DNA of 64,000 nucleotides from Dehalococcoidia bacterium. Its GTDB lineage: Bacteria; Chloroflexota; Dehalococcoidia; Lucifugimonadales; JAGWBF01. The notes under the pieces were generated by a model. The model ran no database searches. It was not told the origin of the DNA and was given only the letters and a program-made list of their open reading frames with translations. The position numbers and the translations under genes are program-made. The DNA lies in the NCBI GenBank assembly GCA_965219565.1, contig OZ244780.1:1006287-1070286 (forward strand), read 5' to 3'. Positions 19,282-28,488 of the stretch are shown one piece after another. How positions within the stretch are numbered: position 1 is the stretch's first letter; each line of letters starts with the position of its first letter.

Positions 19282-19596
19282 GTGCAGGAAGCGGCAATCG
19301 TAGTCCACACCAATGACGCCGGCTCTCCCGACTATTTCATGCCTCTGACCATGGAGTATGTTTTCCAAGAGGGGAAATGGGTGGGGACCTGCCTCGAAAT
19401 CGGGACATCTGGTTTCGCCGACGAGCTAGACGAGATGAAATCCAGGCTTTTCGAGGCCGTTGACCTTCAACTTAGTGAAGTGGAACGGTTGGGTTTTCTG
19501 GAGGAGTTTCTTCAAGACCATTCGGTGTCCGCATATCCCATCCCACCGTTGGAATCTTCTAGCAAGTCTAGGTTCACGTTGGTGGGTGCAGGCTAG
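19282..19596 (+). CDS. HicB-like antitoxin (no obvious DNA-binding domain)
   Basis: Small protein with a HicB N-domain pattern (FQEGKWVGTCLEIGTSGFADELDEMKSRLFEAV), immediately upstream of a HicA-like gene. Confidence 0.55.
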   Translation: MQEAAIVVHTNDAGSPDYFMPLTMEYVFQEGKWVGTCLEIGTSGFADELDEMKSRLFEAVDLQLSEVERLGFLEEFLQDHSVSAYPIPPLESSSKSRFTLVGAG

Positions 19597-19605
19597 CAAT
19601 TCTCA

Positions 19606-19848
19606 ATGCCTATCTCTGGGCGTGACTTGATGGTCCTGCTTGAAAAGGATGGTTGGGAACGAGGAGGGAGAAGGACACACGGGGTATTCTTTTCCAAACA
19701 GTTCCAAGGTGAACGACTGCCCAAGTCGACAGTAGTCCCGGATTCGTCCGAGCCTCTCCCTAGCGGCACCTTGGGAGCAATTCTCAGCGTGAAACAGACC
19801 GGCTTGGGGCGTGCCGGGCTCGACGAACTTATATCCAAACAGAGATAG
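19606..19848 (+). CDS. HicA-like mRNA interferase toxin
   Basis: SGRDLMVLLEKDGWERGGRRTHGVFFSK...LPSGTLGAILSVKQTGL matches the YcfA/HicA pattern (LxxxGW...GSHxxF...LxxGTLxxILKQAGL). Confidence 0.6.
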   Translation: MPISGRDLMVLLEKDGWERGGRRTHGVFFSKQFQGERLPKSTVVPDSSEPLPSGTLGAILSVKQTGLGRAGLDELISKQR

Positions 19849-19858
19849 ACGGAGCGCT

Positions 19859-20713
19859 ATGATTCACCTGCTCCCCGAAGTCCAACAGCTAGTCGAGATG
19901 GCCCTTGCCGAGGACCAGGTGGCCAACGATCCCACTACGGATTCCCTGGTTCCCCAAGACCTTCAGGCCAGGGGCGTCATCCGCGCCAAGGCCGAGGGAG
20001 TCCTGGCCGGAGTGGACGTGGCCCTCTCTGTATTCAAGCGGGTCGACCAACAACTTCAGACCACGGCATGGCTGGCGGACGGAGCGTCGGTGTCACCCGG
20101 AAACAACTTGGCCTTCGTCGACGGTCAGGCGACATCCATCCTGAGAGCCGAGCGGACCGCCATCAACTTTCTCCAGCGCATGAGCGGCATAGCCACGGAA
20201 GCCTCCCGCTACGTCAAGTTGGCGGAAGGGACCCGAGCCCGCATCGTGGACACCCGCAAGACGGCGCCCGGCTTCAGGCTGCTGGATAAATACTCCGTGC
20301 GCATGGGAGGGGCGGGCAACCATCGCATGAACCTGGCCGACGGCATCCTCGTCAAGGACAACCACCTTGAAGCTATGCGCCATCAGGGTTTTGGAATCGA
20401 CGGCATCGTCCGCAAGGCCCTGGACCAAGCTCCTCACAACCTCAAGGTTGAAATCGAGGTGGAGGACCTGGATGAGCTACGGGAGGCCCTGGACGCCGGC
20501 GCCCACATCATACTGCTGGACAACATGGCGCCGGAGGAAATGAAGCAGGCCGTGGACATCGTGGCGGGGCGCGCCGTGTTGGAAGCGTCGGGCGGCGTCA
20601 ACCTGGAGACTGTCCGGGCTGTTGCGGAGACTGGAGTGGACCTCATCTCCATTGGCAGCCTGACTCACTCGGTCAAAGCCCTGGACATCAGCCTGGACCT
20701 GGAATTCGCCTAG
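19859..20713 (+). CDS. nadC: nicotinate-nucleotide pyrophosphorylase (carboxylating)
   Basis: ERTAINFLQRMSGIAT, VDTRKTAPGFR, LVKDNH and ASGGV motifs. GGAG RBS before ATG 19859. Confidence 0.9.
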   Translation: MIHLLPEVQQLVEMALAEDQVANDPTTDSLVPQDLQARGVIRAKAEGVLAGVDVALSVFKRVDQQLQTTAWLADGASVSPGNNLAFVDGQATSILRAERTAINFLQRMSGIATEASRYVKLAEGTRARIVDTRKTAPGFRLLDKYSVRMGGAGNHRMNLADGILVKDNHLEAMRHQGFGIDGIVRKALDQAPHNLKVEIEVEDLDELREALDAGAHIILLDNMAPEEMKQAVDIVAGRAVLEASGGVNLETVRAVAETGVDLISIGSLTHSVKALDISLDLEFA

Positions 20714-21174
20714 GCGCGTCGCGGGCGGTTACGGTCTGCCGAGTCCAGCATGATGGTGACCGGCCCGTCGTTCACCAGCTCCACCTGCATGTATTCCCCG
20801 AATGTCCCCGTTTCGACCTTAAGCCCCCGCCCTTTGAACAACTCCACCACGTCCTCGTAGATGCGCTCCGCATTATCAGGGGCCGCGGCCTGGATGAAGT
20901 CCGGACGCCTGCCCTTGCGGGTGTCGGCGTAGAGGGTGAATTGGCTCACGACTAGGAATTCTGCCCCCACGTCTAGAGCGGATTTGTTGAAACGACTTTC
21001 GTCGTCAGCGAATATTCGAAGGTTGACGGTCTTTTCCACCAGATAGGCAGCGTCTTCTTGGGTGTCGTCTTTGGAGACTCCCAGAAGGACCAGAAGACCC
21101 GGGCCGGTCTTGGCCGTCTGCCTTCCGTCGATGGACACGGAAGCGTGGGAGACGCGCTGGAGCAGGGCCCTCAA
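20710..21174 (-). CDS. dtd: D-aminoacyl-tRNA deacylase
   Basis: MRALLQRVSHASVSIDG...VSQFTLYADTRKGRRP...GPVTIMLD. Confidence 0.9.
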   Translation of the reverse strand: MRALLQRVSHASVSIDGRQTAKTGPGLLVLLGVSKDDTQEDAAYLVEKTVNLRIFADDESRFNKSALDVGAEFLVVSQFTLYADTRKGRRPDFIQAAAPDNAERIYEDVVELFKGRGLKVETGTFGEYMQVELVNDGPVTIMLDSADRNRPRRA

Positions 21175-21183
21175 GCCAGCCCC

Positions 21184-21492
21184 CTAGTGGGAGGGGCTCG
21201 CCGTTTCTTCTTTGCTTTCGGTGGCGGTGGCGGACTTGGATGACTTGGAGGAAGAAGTTGACTCCTTTTCCTCCTTGGCTTCATCCTTGGAGCTGGAGGC
21301 CCCGCTGTGGCCCGTCTTCTTGTAGTCGGTGGTGTAGAACCCTGAACCCTTGTATATGATGGGGACCACCTGGAACTTGCGCCTGGCCTGACCTGCACAC
21401 AAGGGACAGTCGGCCCGAGGCTCGGAGTCAAAACTTTGTCTCATCTCGAACACGTGATCGCAACTGCTGCACTGGTAGTCGTACCTGGGCAA
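21184..21492 (-). CDS. FmdB-family zinc-ribbon protein with Ser/Lys/Glu-rich tail
   Basis: PRYDYQCSSCDHVFE...CPLCAG. The start codon is TTG. Confidence 0.75.
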   Translation of the reverse strand: MPRYDYQCSSCDHVFEMRQSFDSEPRADCPLCAGQARRKFQVVPIIYKGSGFYTTDYKKTGHSGASSSKDEAKEEKESTSSSKSSKSATATESKEETASPSH

Positions 21493-21693
21493 ACCGGCCC
21501 TCCTGAGTCGTCGTTGGCTTGAAAAGCAGCCCGAAGGAGACTGCGAATCGGAATCTAATCTATCATCGGGCTGTTTCCGATGTCAATCGAAACACGGCTG
21601 TTCGATGAGCGGATGGAACGTTCGCCAATGCCAAACAATTATTGGCAGCGACCGACAGATGACCACTGCGGACCTTGCGTGGCATGATAGACG

Positions 21694-22860
21694 GTGAAGT
21701 TTGGTCTGGGGGTGAAGGCGCCCGTGGTTCCACGATTCTTTAGGGCCGCAGTTATGGCCGCGCTTTGCTTGTCCCTCGCCGCGTGCGGGGGAGCTGCCAG
21801 TCCGACGTTGATCCCCACACCTGAGCCTACGTCCACGCCGGTTCCGACTGCGACTCCAACGCCTCCGTCTGCACCCGTCCCAACCGCCGAGTCGGTCCCA
21901 TACGTGCGGTTGCCCCAGGACGAGGGGGCGCACCTGACTCCTGTGGAGTGGTGGTATTTCAACGGACATCTCACGACCGAGAGCGGGGGGGACTACAGCT
22001 ACCACTTCGTGACATTCCAGTTGGTCTTGCCGGATGGCCCGACGGTAAGGATTGCACAACTAAGCTGGGCCGACCATTCCGAGGGAGTCCACCTGATCGC
22101 TGAGCTGCCCGAGGCGGTCCAGGCTGAAGCGACCTCCGGGGAATTTGACGGCAGCGTGTCCTCATGGAAGATGACGGGGGATGGTGAGGACTACTCGCTG
22201 GCGTTCCAGGTCGGGGAGTATGAGGTAGAGATGCAGGCGACATCCCGTAAACCGGCTGCGCTCCACGACGGCAACGGGTACGTCGACCTGGGAGTCGCCG
22301 GCAAGACCTACTACTATTCCCGCACGAACTTGGACACCACCGGTTCTCTCGCAATAGACGGACAGTCCCAGGAAATCTCCGGCACGTCCTGGATGGACCA
22401 CCAGTGGGGCGACTTCGGCACCGCTGAGATAGGTTGGGACTGGCTGAGTATGTTCCTCGACGACGGCTCGGAGCTTACCGTGTCCGTGGTCTGGGAACGC
22501 GACGGACGGAAGCACATCGAGACCGGCGGCACCTATGTCCCACCGGACTCCGGCGCCGTGCATCTGAGCGGAGATGACATAACGCTCAACCCCAAGGGGT
22601 CGTGGACGAGTGAGGCCACCGGCGGCGAGTATCCCATGGGATGGGACCTGCGGGTGGAATCGTTGGGACTGGACGTGGCTCTTATTCCTCTTATGGAAGA
22701 CGCCGAGTTCATCGCCATAGGCGTCATACCGGTCCACTATTGGGAAGGCGGTGTGGATGTAGAGGGAGTGAAGGGTGGCTCACCAATCATGGGCAAAGGG
22801 TTCGTGGAGATGACGGGCTATGCACCCTTACGCGAGGCATTCCCGACCCTAACGCCCTAG
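21694..22860 (+). CDS. AttH/CrtC-like (hydroxyneurosporene-synthase-like, lipocalin-type) lipoprotein
   Basis: Lipobox LSLAAC, Pro/Thr linker, then DEGAHLTPVEWWYFNGHL...YYYSRTNL...SWMDHQWGDF, which is typical of the AttH family. Confidence 0.7.
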   Translation: MKFGLGVKAPVVPRFFRAAVMAALCLSLAACGGAASPTLIPTPEPTSTPVPTATPTPPSAPVPTAESVPYVRLPQDEGAHLTPVEWWYFNGHLTTESGGDYSYHFVTFQLVLPDGPTVRIAQLSWADHSEGVHLIAELPEAVQAEATSGEFDGSVSSWKMTGDGEDYSLAFQVGEYEVEMQATSRKPAALHDGNGYVDLGVAGKTYYYSRTNLDTTGSLAIDGQSQEISGTSWMDHQWGDFGTAEIGWDWLSMFLDDGSELTVSVVWERDGRKHIETGGTYVPPDSGAVHLSGDDITLNPKGSWTSEATGGEYPMGWDLRVESLGLDVALIPLMEDAEFIAIGVIPVHYWEGGVDVEGVKGGSPIMGKGFVEMTGYAPLREAFPTLTP

Positions 22861-22902
22861 GGGGGCAAAGGGGGCGATGTTCGTGTAAACCAGGGAGGGA
22901 CC

Positions 22903-23901
22903 ATGAATAGGGCTGGAATGGTAATATACCACGGCATCGGCGGCGGCGCTGACCTCCGGGAATACGGGCGTATAGCAGATGACCTGGGCTACGACTCCTT
23001 GTGGGTCACCGAGCGTTACCTTCATGAAGAGACGGCGTCCATGCTGGGTTATCTCGCCGCGGCCACTTCCAGGGTCAAGCTGGGCGTCGGAGTGGTCAAT
23101 CCCTTCACCCGGCACCCGGCCCTGCTGGCGATGATGGCGGCCACTCTGGACCGCATCAGCGGAGGACGGTTCATCCTGGGCATGGGCCGGAGCGACAGCT
23201 TCATCATCGAAGATCGGCTGGGGATGTCCTATTCCCGGTCGCGAGGCAGGTTGGAAGAGGCTCTGACAATCGTCCGTGAGTTTCTGGAAAAAGGTTCAGC
23301 TTCCTATCAGGGCAGAGTATTCAACCAACCCGAGGTCAGCCTGGAGATGAAGCCAATACAGGACAGGCTGCCCATCTACATGGCGGCTATCGGTCCCAAG
23401 GCCCTGAAGACGGCGGGCGCCTTGGCCGATGGAGTTCTCTTAAACGCCTACGTCTCACCCGGGTACGTGAGGTACGCAGTGGGCCTGGTCAAAGAAGCTG
23501 CAAAGGAAGCGGGCCGGGACCCGAACTCGGTGCGCGTCGCCTGCATGTTGGTGATGCGCATGACGCCCCGCCCGGAGGAAACCCGTCCCGGACTAAAGCA
23601 GAGACTCGTGCGCCTCTATTCCGAGGCCCACGTAGGGGAGATTCTCCTGGAGACTGCCGGATTCGACCCGCAAACGGCCTCGCGGCTGCGGGTCCTGTAT
23701 GAAGAGGGCGACATGAAAGGTGCAGTGGGGCTTGTCACCGACGACATGGTGGACTCATGCTACGTCATTGGACCGCCGGAGCAATGCAGGGAACGGGTGG
23801 AGGAGTACGTGAGGGCCGGTGTGGACGAACCGTTGCTGCTTCCCAGGTTGGAGGACTACCAGGGTGTGGCAAAGGCCATGGCCCGGGCCCTACGACCATA
23901 G
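22903..23901 (+). CDS. LLM-class flavin/F420-dependent oxidoreductase
   Basis: LGYDSLWVTERY and VVNPFTRHPALLAMMAATLDRISGGRFILGMGRSD. Confidence 0.85.
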   Translation: MNRAGMVIYHGIGGGADLREYGRIADDLGYDSLWVTERYLHEETASMLGYLAAATSRVKLGVGVVNPFTRHPALLAMMAATLDRISGGRFILGMGRSDSFIIEDRLGMSYSRSRGRLEEALTIVREFLEKGSASYQGRVFNQPEVSLEMKPIQDRLPIYMAAIGPKALKTAGALADGVLLNAYVSPGYVRYAVGLVKEAAKEAGRDPNSVRVACMLVMRMTPRPEETRPGLKQRLVRLYSEAHVGEILLETAGFDPQTASRLRVLYEEGDMKGAVGLVTDDMVDSCYVIGPPEQCRERVEEYVRAGVDEPLLLPRLEDYQGVAKAMARALRP

Positions 23902-23998
23902 ATAGACCGACCCTGACGGATGGTGGAGAATCGGTCAAAACCATTGCTTTGAACCCTAGAGAGGGGAACTGTTCCTCGGCCCAAAATGTAATAGTTAT

Positions 23999-26023
23999 AT
24001 GAATGCAAATATGAGTCTAGTCGTGAAACGTCTTACCGTGAGGTTTCTGGCGGTCATCATCTTGGCGTTAGCAACTCTTGGATTGGCGGCCTGCGGCGCC
24101 GACACTCCGGAGGCATCCGATAGTTCCGACCAAGAATCATCGGACCATTTTGTAGGCCGTGTCTCAATATATACCGTTCGCCATGAGGGTATCTCTTATA
24201 GGCCCGTCGCTGGCCCGATACGAGAGGAACTGCTGGATCTGGATCGTTTGACGCCGACCGGACTGGTGCTTGGTGACAGCGACCAAGAGCTGGTAAAAGG
24301 CAGCGAAGGGCGGAAGGTCTTCACATTGTCTGGAGTGCCCATAGAACAAGGGTTCTTGGTGCGTTCCAACGATAGGGGGTATGGGCCTGACGTCAAATGG
24401 GGGACAAAAGCAACATCATATCCGGTCTGCCAGTCTGGGTCGGGCGCCTATGTGTACACCGCTAAGGGCGCCTCGCCCTCGCCTCGGTGGATCCCGTCTC
24501 GCGGACCGGCCTATCCCGGCGGACCTACTCCCACGCCGGTCCCTACTCCCCCCAACGTACCCATCGTCGCCACAGCTTTATCGGCACAGGGGTTGCTGGG
24601 CGTAGGCTGGCCGGTTGTGAACATGGAACGCCTTCAGTTCGGATTTCGGGGAGTCGAATACTTATTTACCGCTTTTCGTTCCATAAACGAGCATGGGGCG
24701 GACTCATCCATCTCTTCTGCCGAAATCGAGGAGCTGGAAACCCTGTCCATAACCTACTTTATCGACCTGGCGCCGTTGCCGGCTCCCGCACTGGAGGAGA
24801 TAACTTCGGATGGCACGGTAACAGACCACGTGCGGGTCTATCGTCTCGAAGACCGACCCGCCGGCGAAGTAATCGTGGTCGACCAATGCCCGGCAGACCT
24901 CCAAGGCGACCAATTCTCCTATTTTCAGCCGACCCAGGCGGCGACTCATTCTAACAATGGCGACTCTCCTCCGGTCCCCACTTCTACACCAGAGCCCTTG
25001 CTGCCCGGCGGCACGTCTAGGGCGCCGGACCACGTCAGGCTCGACCTCGATGACGGAGTCGTGGTTGCTTTCGCCGCTGACCCGAGTCTCGGACGGATAG
25101 CGTATGTCACCCACGTACCATCGGGCGCCCAGGTTGTACTCGACCGGGAAGGCAAGGTGATTGAGCGGCACGACCCTCCAGGGGTTGACAGCGATTTGCT
25201 TGACGCGACATTAGAGGACAGCGACGCCATGACGAAGATCCGGCGAGGTCTACAGTACGAGGGAGTCCTGGTTAGGGACCCCATCAGAAGCTGGATCAAC
25301 GCTATCCACTTCGAAGGCGCTTCATACTACCCGGCGTCGGAAGGCGCCGATGGCGTAGCAACTGGGGAGGTGGAGCTAGACCGATCCGAGCTAGGCCCGG
25401 TCATCTATTGGGTAGCTTTCTGTCTTAGCTGCAACATCGACCTGCCAATGGGCTACCAGGTCCAGGACGGCGATGCCACTCTCCTAGACCCGGGCACTGC
25501 CGTATACAGCGTTAACGGCTACGATCCTTCGGAGCGGGTGGCCGTCATTGTGGATGGCGAAGTGTTGTTGTACGACAAGTTCGAACCCACCCCTCCGATT
25601 ATAACTCCGACCCCAAGCTTCAAGCCCACTGATCCCGAGGCTTCAAGGAGACCATCCTCCGACAAGTACTCCGAAGAGGAGCAGCAACTACGAGCCGTTA
25701 TGGGCAACTTTCCAAGTGACGAAATAGTCTGGATCGATGGAGACACCGTTGTATATACACTAGCCCGAGACCCTCACGCCTATTATCACAACCCTCCCGA
25801 TTTTTCCAAGGGGTTCATAGCGGTTGCTCAGCATCTTCCTACGGGAGCGACCAAGGCCTACGCCCTATCCAGCGAGGCCGCCTCTGATACGGGCGTGAGG
25901 AGGGTTGAAGCCATCGATGAATATGCAGGCGACCACCCCGAGGGTAAAGAGGTCTTAGACCGAATGCAGCGGGACCCTAAGGTAATCGGTGCGGTCACCA
26001 AGCTTCTACGAAGGGTGGAATGA
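23999..26023 (+). CDS. large lipoprotein of unknown function with three related internal modules
   Basis: Signal peptide plus lipobox LGLAAC and Pro-rich linkers. I recognise no domain. The stop overlaps the next start (ATGA at 26020-26023). Confidence 0.7.
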   Translation: MNANMSLVVKRLTVRFLAVIILALATLGLAACGADTPEASDSSDQESSDHFVGRVSIYTVRHEGISYRPVAGPIREELLDLDRLTPTGLVLGDSDQELVKGSEGRKVFTLSGVPIEQGFLVRSNDRGYGPDVKWGTKATSYPVCQSGSGAYVYTAKGASPSPRWIPSRGPAYPGGPTPTPVPTPPNVPIVATALSAQGLLGVGWPVVNMERLQFGFRGVEYLFTAFRSINEHGADSSISSAEIEELETLSITYFIDLAPLPAPALEEITSDGTVTDHVRVYRLEDRPAGEVIVVDQCPADLQGDQFSYFQPTQAATHSNNGDSPPVPTSTPEPLLPGGTSRAPDHVRLDLDDGVVVAFAADPSLGRIAYVTHVPSGAQVVLDREGKVIERHDPPGVDSDLLDATLEDSDAMTKIRRGLQYEGVLVRDPIRSWINAIHFEGASYYPASEGADGVATGEVELDRSELGPVIYWVAFCLSCNIDLPMGYQVQDGDATLLDPGTAVYSVNGYDPSERVAVIVDGEVLLYDKFEPTPPIITPTPSFKPTDPEASRRPSSDKYSEEEQQLRAVMGNFPSDEIVWIDGDTVVYTLARDPHAYYHNPPDFSKGFIAVAQHLPTGATKAYALSSEAASDTGVRRVEAIDEYAGDHPEGKEVLDRMQRDPKVIGAVTKLLRRVE

Positions 26024-27789
26024 TCTACGAACGTAACAAAGGGTTAACTAGGAGACGTTGCATGGTGGGGCTTCTGATGGCCATGGTCTTGGGACTGGCT
26101 ATCCTTGCACTGGTGGCGTGCAACTCCGGCGCGACGCCGATGACCAGTCAGCCGACGAAGACTGAGGAAGCGCTTGTCTCCAGCTCCTTCGTCAACTCCT
26201 GCGCCTACCGCGCCCCGGAGCCTACCCCTACGCCAGACCTGACGCCGCCGACGTCCACGCCATTCTCAAACATTACTCCCATCCCCTACCCGACAGAAAG
26301 GCCGTCGGCGGATGTTGTTGCCTACCCCGATCTGCCGTCGCCCGCGCTGCCGGCCCCCGTCAAAGCCTGGCAGGACGCCGTGGTGCGCGTGACCGTCGAA
26401 CTGGCCAGCGGCCGCATTCGACACCAGCAAGGGCTGGTCGTCGCCGATAAAGCCGTGCTCACCGTGCTTGACCTTACGGAGGAGACCGCTTCGTTGTCTG
26501 TGGACGTGTCCCGACTAGGCGCCTTCGCCGGTGAGCTTGAGCGCTTCGACCCCCGCACCGGCGCTGCGCTGATCACCGTTGGGGCTGAGGGCTTGACCGT
26601 GGCGCCTGGTGAGCGCACGACTGTAGCCCATGGTGAGCCAGTGTTGATTCTGAACCGTGACCGGGACTCCGGCGATCTCGTAGTGGGAGAGACCTTCGCC
26701 AGCCCCAGTCTCAACGCGCCGGACCATATCTTCGCACTGCGCACGGACTACACACGCCGCGCCCAACGGGGCGCGACAGTGGTCACGGGCGACGGCACAC
26801 CCGTTGGCCTCGCGGGTTACGGGCGGCGATGGTATGGCCACGGCGGGCCGGTCGTTTTTGGCCAGATTGGCGGTACGGACCTGCCGGCTGTGCTGTTCGA
26901 CTCCGCGTTCCGGCTGCTGGAGCTCGCGCCCCCGGATGCGGGCATCACCCCCTCCGCAGTCGCCTACCACGGGGCGGGTCGAGGTCGGCCAGTGGACGGA
27001 CCGGTGACTCGAGAGCTATTGGGAGAGCCTGTTCGGGCAACGCTTAGGGGCCTAGGAGAACCGGTTCTACTGGAAAACCTTGGGCGGCACCCGGGATACG
27101 TGCTCCGGTTTAAGTCAGGCACGATGCTGGAGTTGCTCTACGCCGCGCCCCAGGAACTGCGCGGGGCCGATCGAGAACTACTGGGCAGCGCGCGGTACAT
27201 CGTGCTCTGGTGGGCCAGAGAGGGCGGCGTTCCCGACCTCGTCCTCTGCGGCACAGACAGAGAACACCTAGGAGCCGCCTTTGCCGCCCGTGACCTGCGC
27301 TTGTTCGAGGCGTTCATGGTGAGAGCGCCGTCCAGTTCGCCGGACTCGATGGTATCCGCCGCCCCTCTCGACGCGCCGGAGTATGGATACTCCGGTAAGT
27401 ACGGCTACTCCAGTGAGGACTACCAGTACCCCTTCGAGTGGGAGCTGAAGACCGACAAATTGGCATACGTGCAGGATGAACCGGTGGCACTGACCTTCAC
27501 GCTCACCAACGCCAGCGATTGGCCCGTGCCTCTGGACTACGTGCCGCCGAGAGTGGTTATTCACAGCCTTCAGGAACACCGAGACGTGGCTGTGCTGGGT
27601 TACGGCGACGGGCGCCGCGTCCTGCAACCCGACGAGACCGCTTCTTTCACCATGACCTGGGACCAGATGCACTTCGAGGGCGGGCGGGCTCCGGCGGGAC
27701 GCTACGTCGCACATGTACACCTGGCCAACGTCGCGGACAACTGGTTGCTGACTCCGGGGCCGACAGCCTATGATGTGATATTGGAGTAG
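26020..27789 (+). CDS. lipoprotein: Pro/Thr linker, trypsin-fold-like domain lacking the catalytic triad, C-terminal BsuPI-like domain
   Basis: Lipobox LALVAC. The segment AVVRVTVE...GLVVADKAVLTVLDL...FDPRTGAALITV...RGATVVTGDGTPVGLAG follows the HtrA/S1C pattern, but the His, Asp and Ser positions are substituted. The C-terminus DEPVALTFTLTNASDWPVPLDY...ETASFTMTW...GRYVAHVHL resembles the intracellular proteinase inhibitor fold. Confidence 0.7.
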   Translation: MIYERNKGLTRRRCMVGLLMAMVLGLAILALVACNSGATPMTSQPTKTEEALVSSSFVNSCAYRAPEPTPTPDLTPPTSTPFSNITPIPYPTERPSADVVAYPDLPSPALPAPVKAWQDAVVRVTVELASGRIRHQQGLVVADKAVLTVLDLTEETASLSVDVSRLGAFAGELERFDPRTGAALITVGAEGLTVAPGERTTVAHGEPVLILNRDRDSGDLVVGETFASPSLNAPDHIFALRTDYTRRAQRGATVVTGDGTPVGLAGYGRRWYGHGGPVVFGQIGGTDLPAVLFDSAFRLLELAPPDAGITPSAVAYHGAGRGRPVDGPVTRELLGEPVRATLRGLGEPVLLENLGRHPGYVLRFKSGTMLELLYAAPQELRGADRELLGSARYIVLWWAREGGVPDLVLCGTDREHLGAAFAARDLRLFEAFMVRAPSSSPDSMVSAAPLDAPEYGYSGKYGYSSEDYQYPFEWELKTDKLAYVQDEPVALTFTLTNASDWPVPLDYVPPRVVIHSLQEHRDVAVLGYGDGRRVLQPDETASFTMTWDQMHFEGGRAPAGRYVAHVHLANVADNWLLTPGPTAYDVILE

Positions 27790-27891
27790 ACGCTATGATA
27801 CGGCTTCGTGGGGCCTGCTTGCAGTGAAGGCGGCCCCACGCCAGCCCCGGCTGGTGCAGTAGGCGAAACTGCTTCAACTTGCGTTGCCTGG

Positions 27892-28419
27892 TTATCTCTG
27901 AGCCACAGCGGGAAGCAGCCGGACCTGGCCCCGCGCTTCTATATCGGCCCAGTCCGGAACAGAACCGCCTTCCAACAGTCCTATCCTCGCAACAACCTCG
28001 GACAGAAGATTTGCCGTGTCTATGCCCATGAACGACGGTGTGAAAGGCTCCAGTCCCGTCCGTGCATCCATTAGCTTGGACAGCGAGCCTTTTCGGTTGC
28101 GACGCTCCATGTGGAGCAAGCCCACGGCGGACTTCAACAAGGCTTGGTAGAAGAGCCGGAGGGGGTATCCCTCTCGGAGCCATATCTCTTCCAGGGTTTC
28201 GTGGCAACGCCAGTACTGGCCTTCGTTGAACTGCTGGACCGCGGTCTGAAGAGAGGCGGGCGGAACGAGGGGGCCTTGGAGGAAAGCGTTTACGCCCCGG
28301 TCATGGATGAGGTCCAGCCACTGACGGTCAAGCGCGGGGCGTTCGCCCTTGGCTGGCGTTGACGGAGGCATTTCATACGGCATTAGAGCATGTTGCTGGG
28401 ACAGTGGGTCCAGGTCCAC
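27892..28419 (-). CDS. DUF309 domain protein
   Basis: FNEGQYWRCHETLEEIW is the signature I associate with DUF309. Confidence 0.7.
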   Translation of the reverse strand: MDLDPLSQQHALMPYEMPPSTPAKGERPALDRQWLDLIHDRGVNAFLQGPLVPPASLQTAVQQFNEGQYWRCHETLEEIWLREGYPLRLFYQALLKSAVGLLHMERRNRKGSLSKLMDARTGLEPFTPSFMGIDTANLLSEVVARIGLLEGGSVPDWADIEARGQVRLLPAVAQR

Positions 28420-28488
28420 AGCCGGACATCTTGTCCAGCCATTCAGTCTCCTGAGAGTATAGCTGTCCCAGGTCTTATTGGGGAGAGT

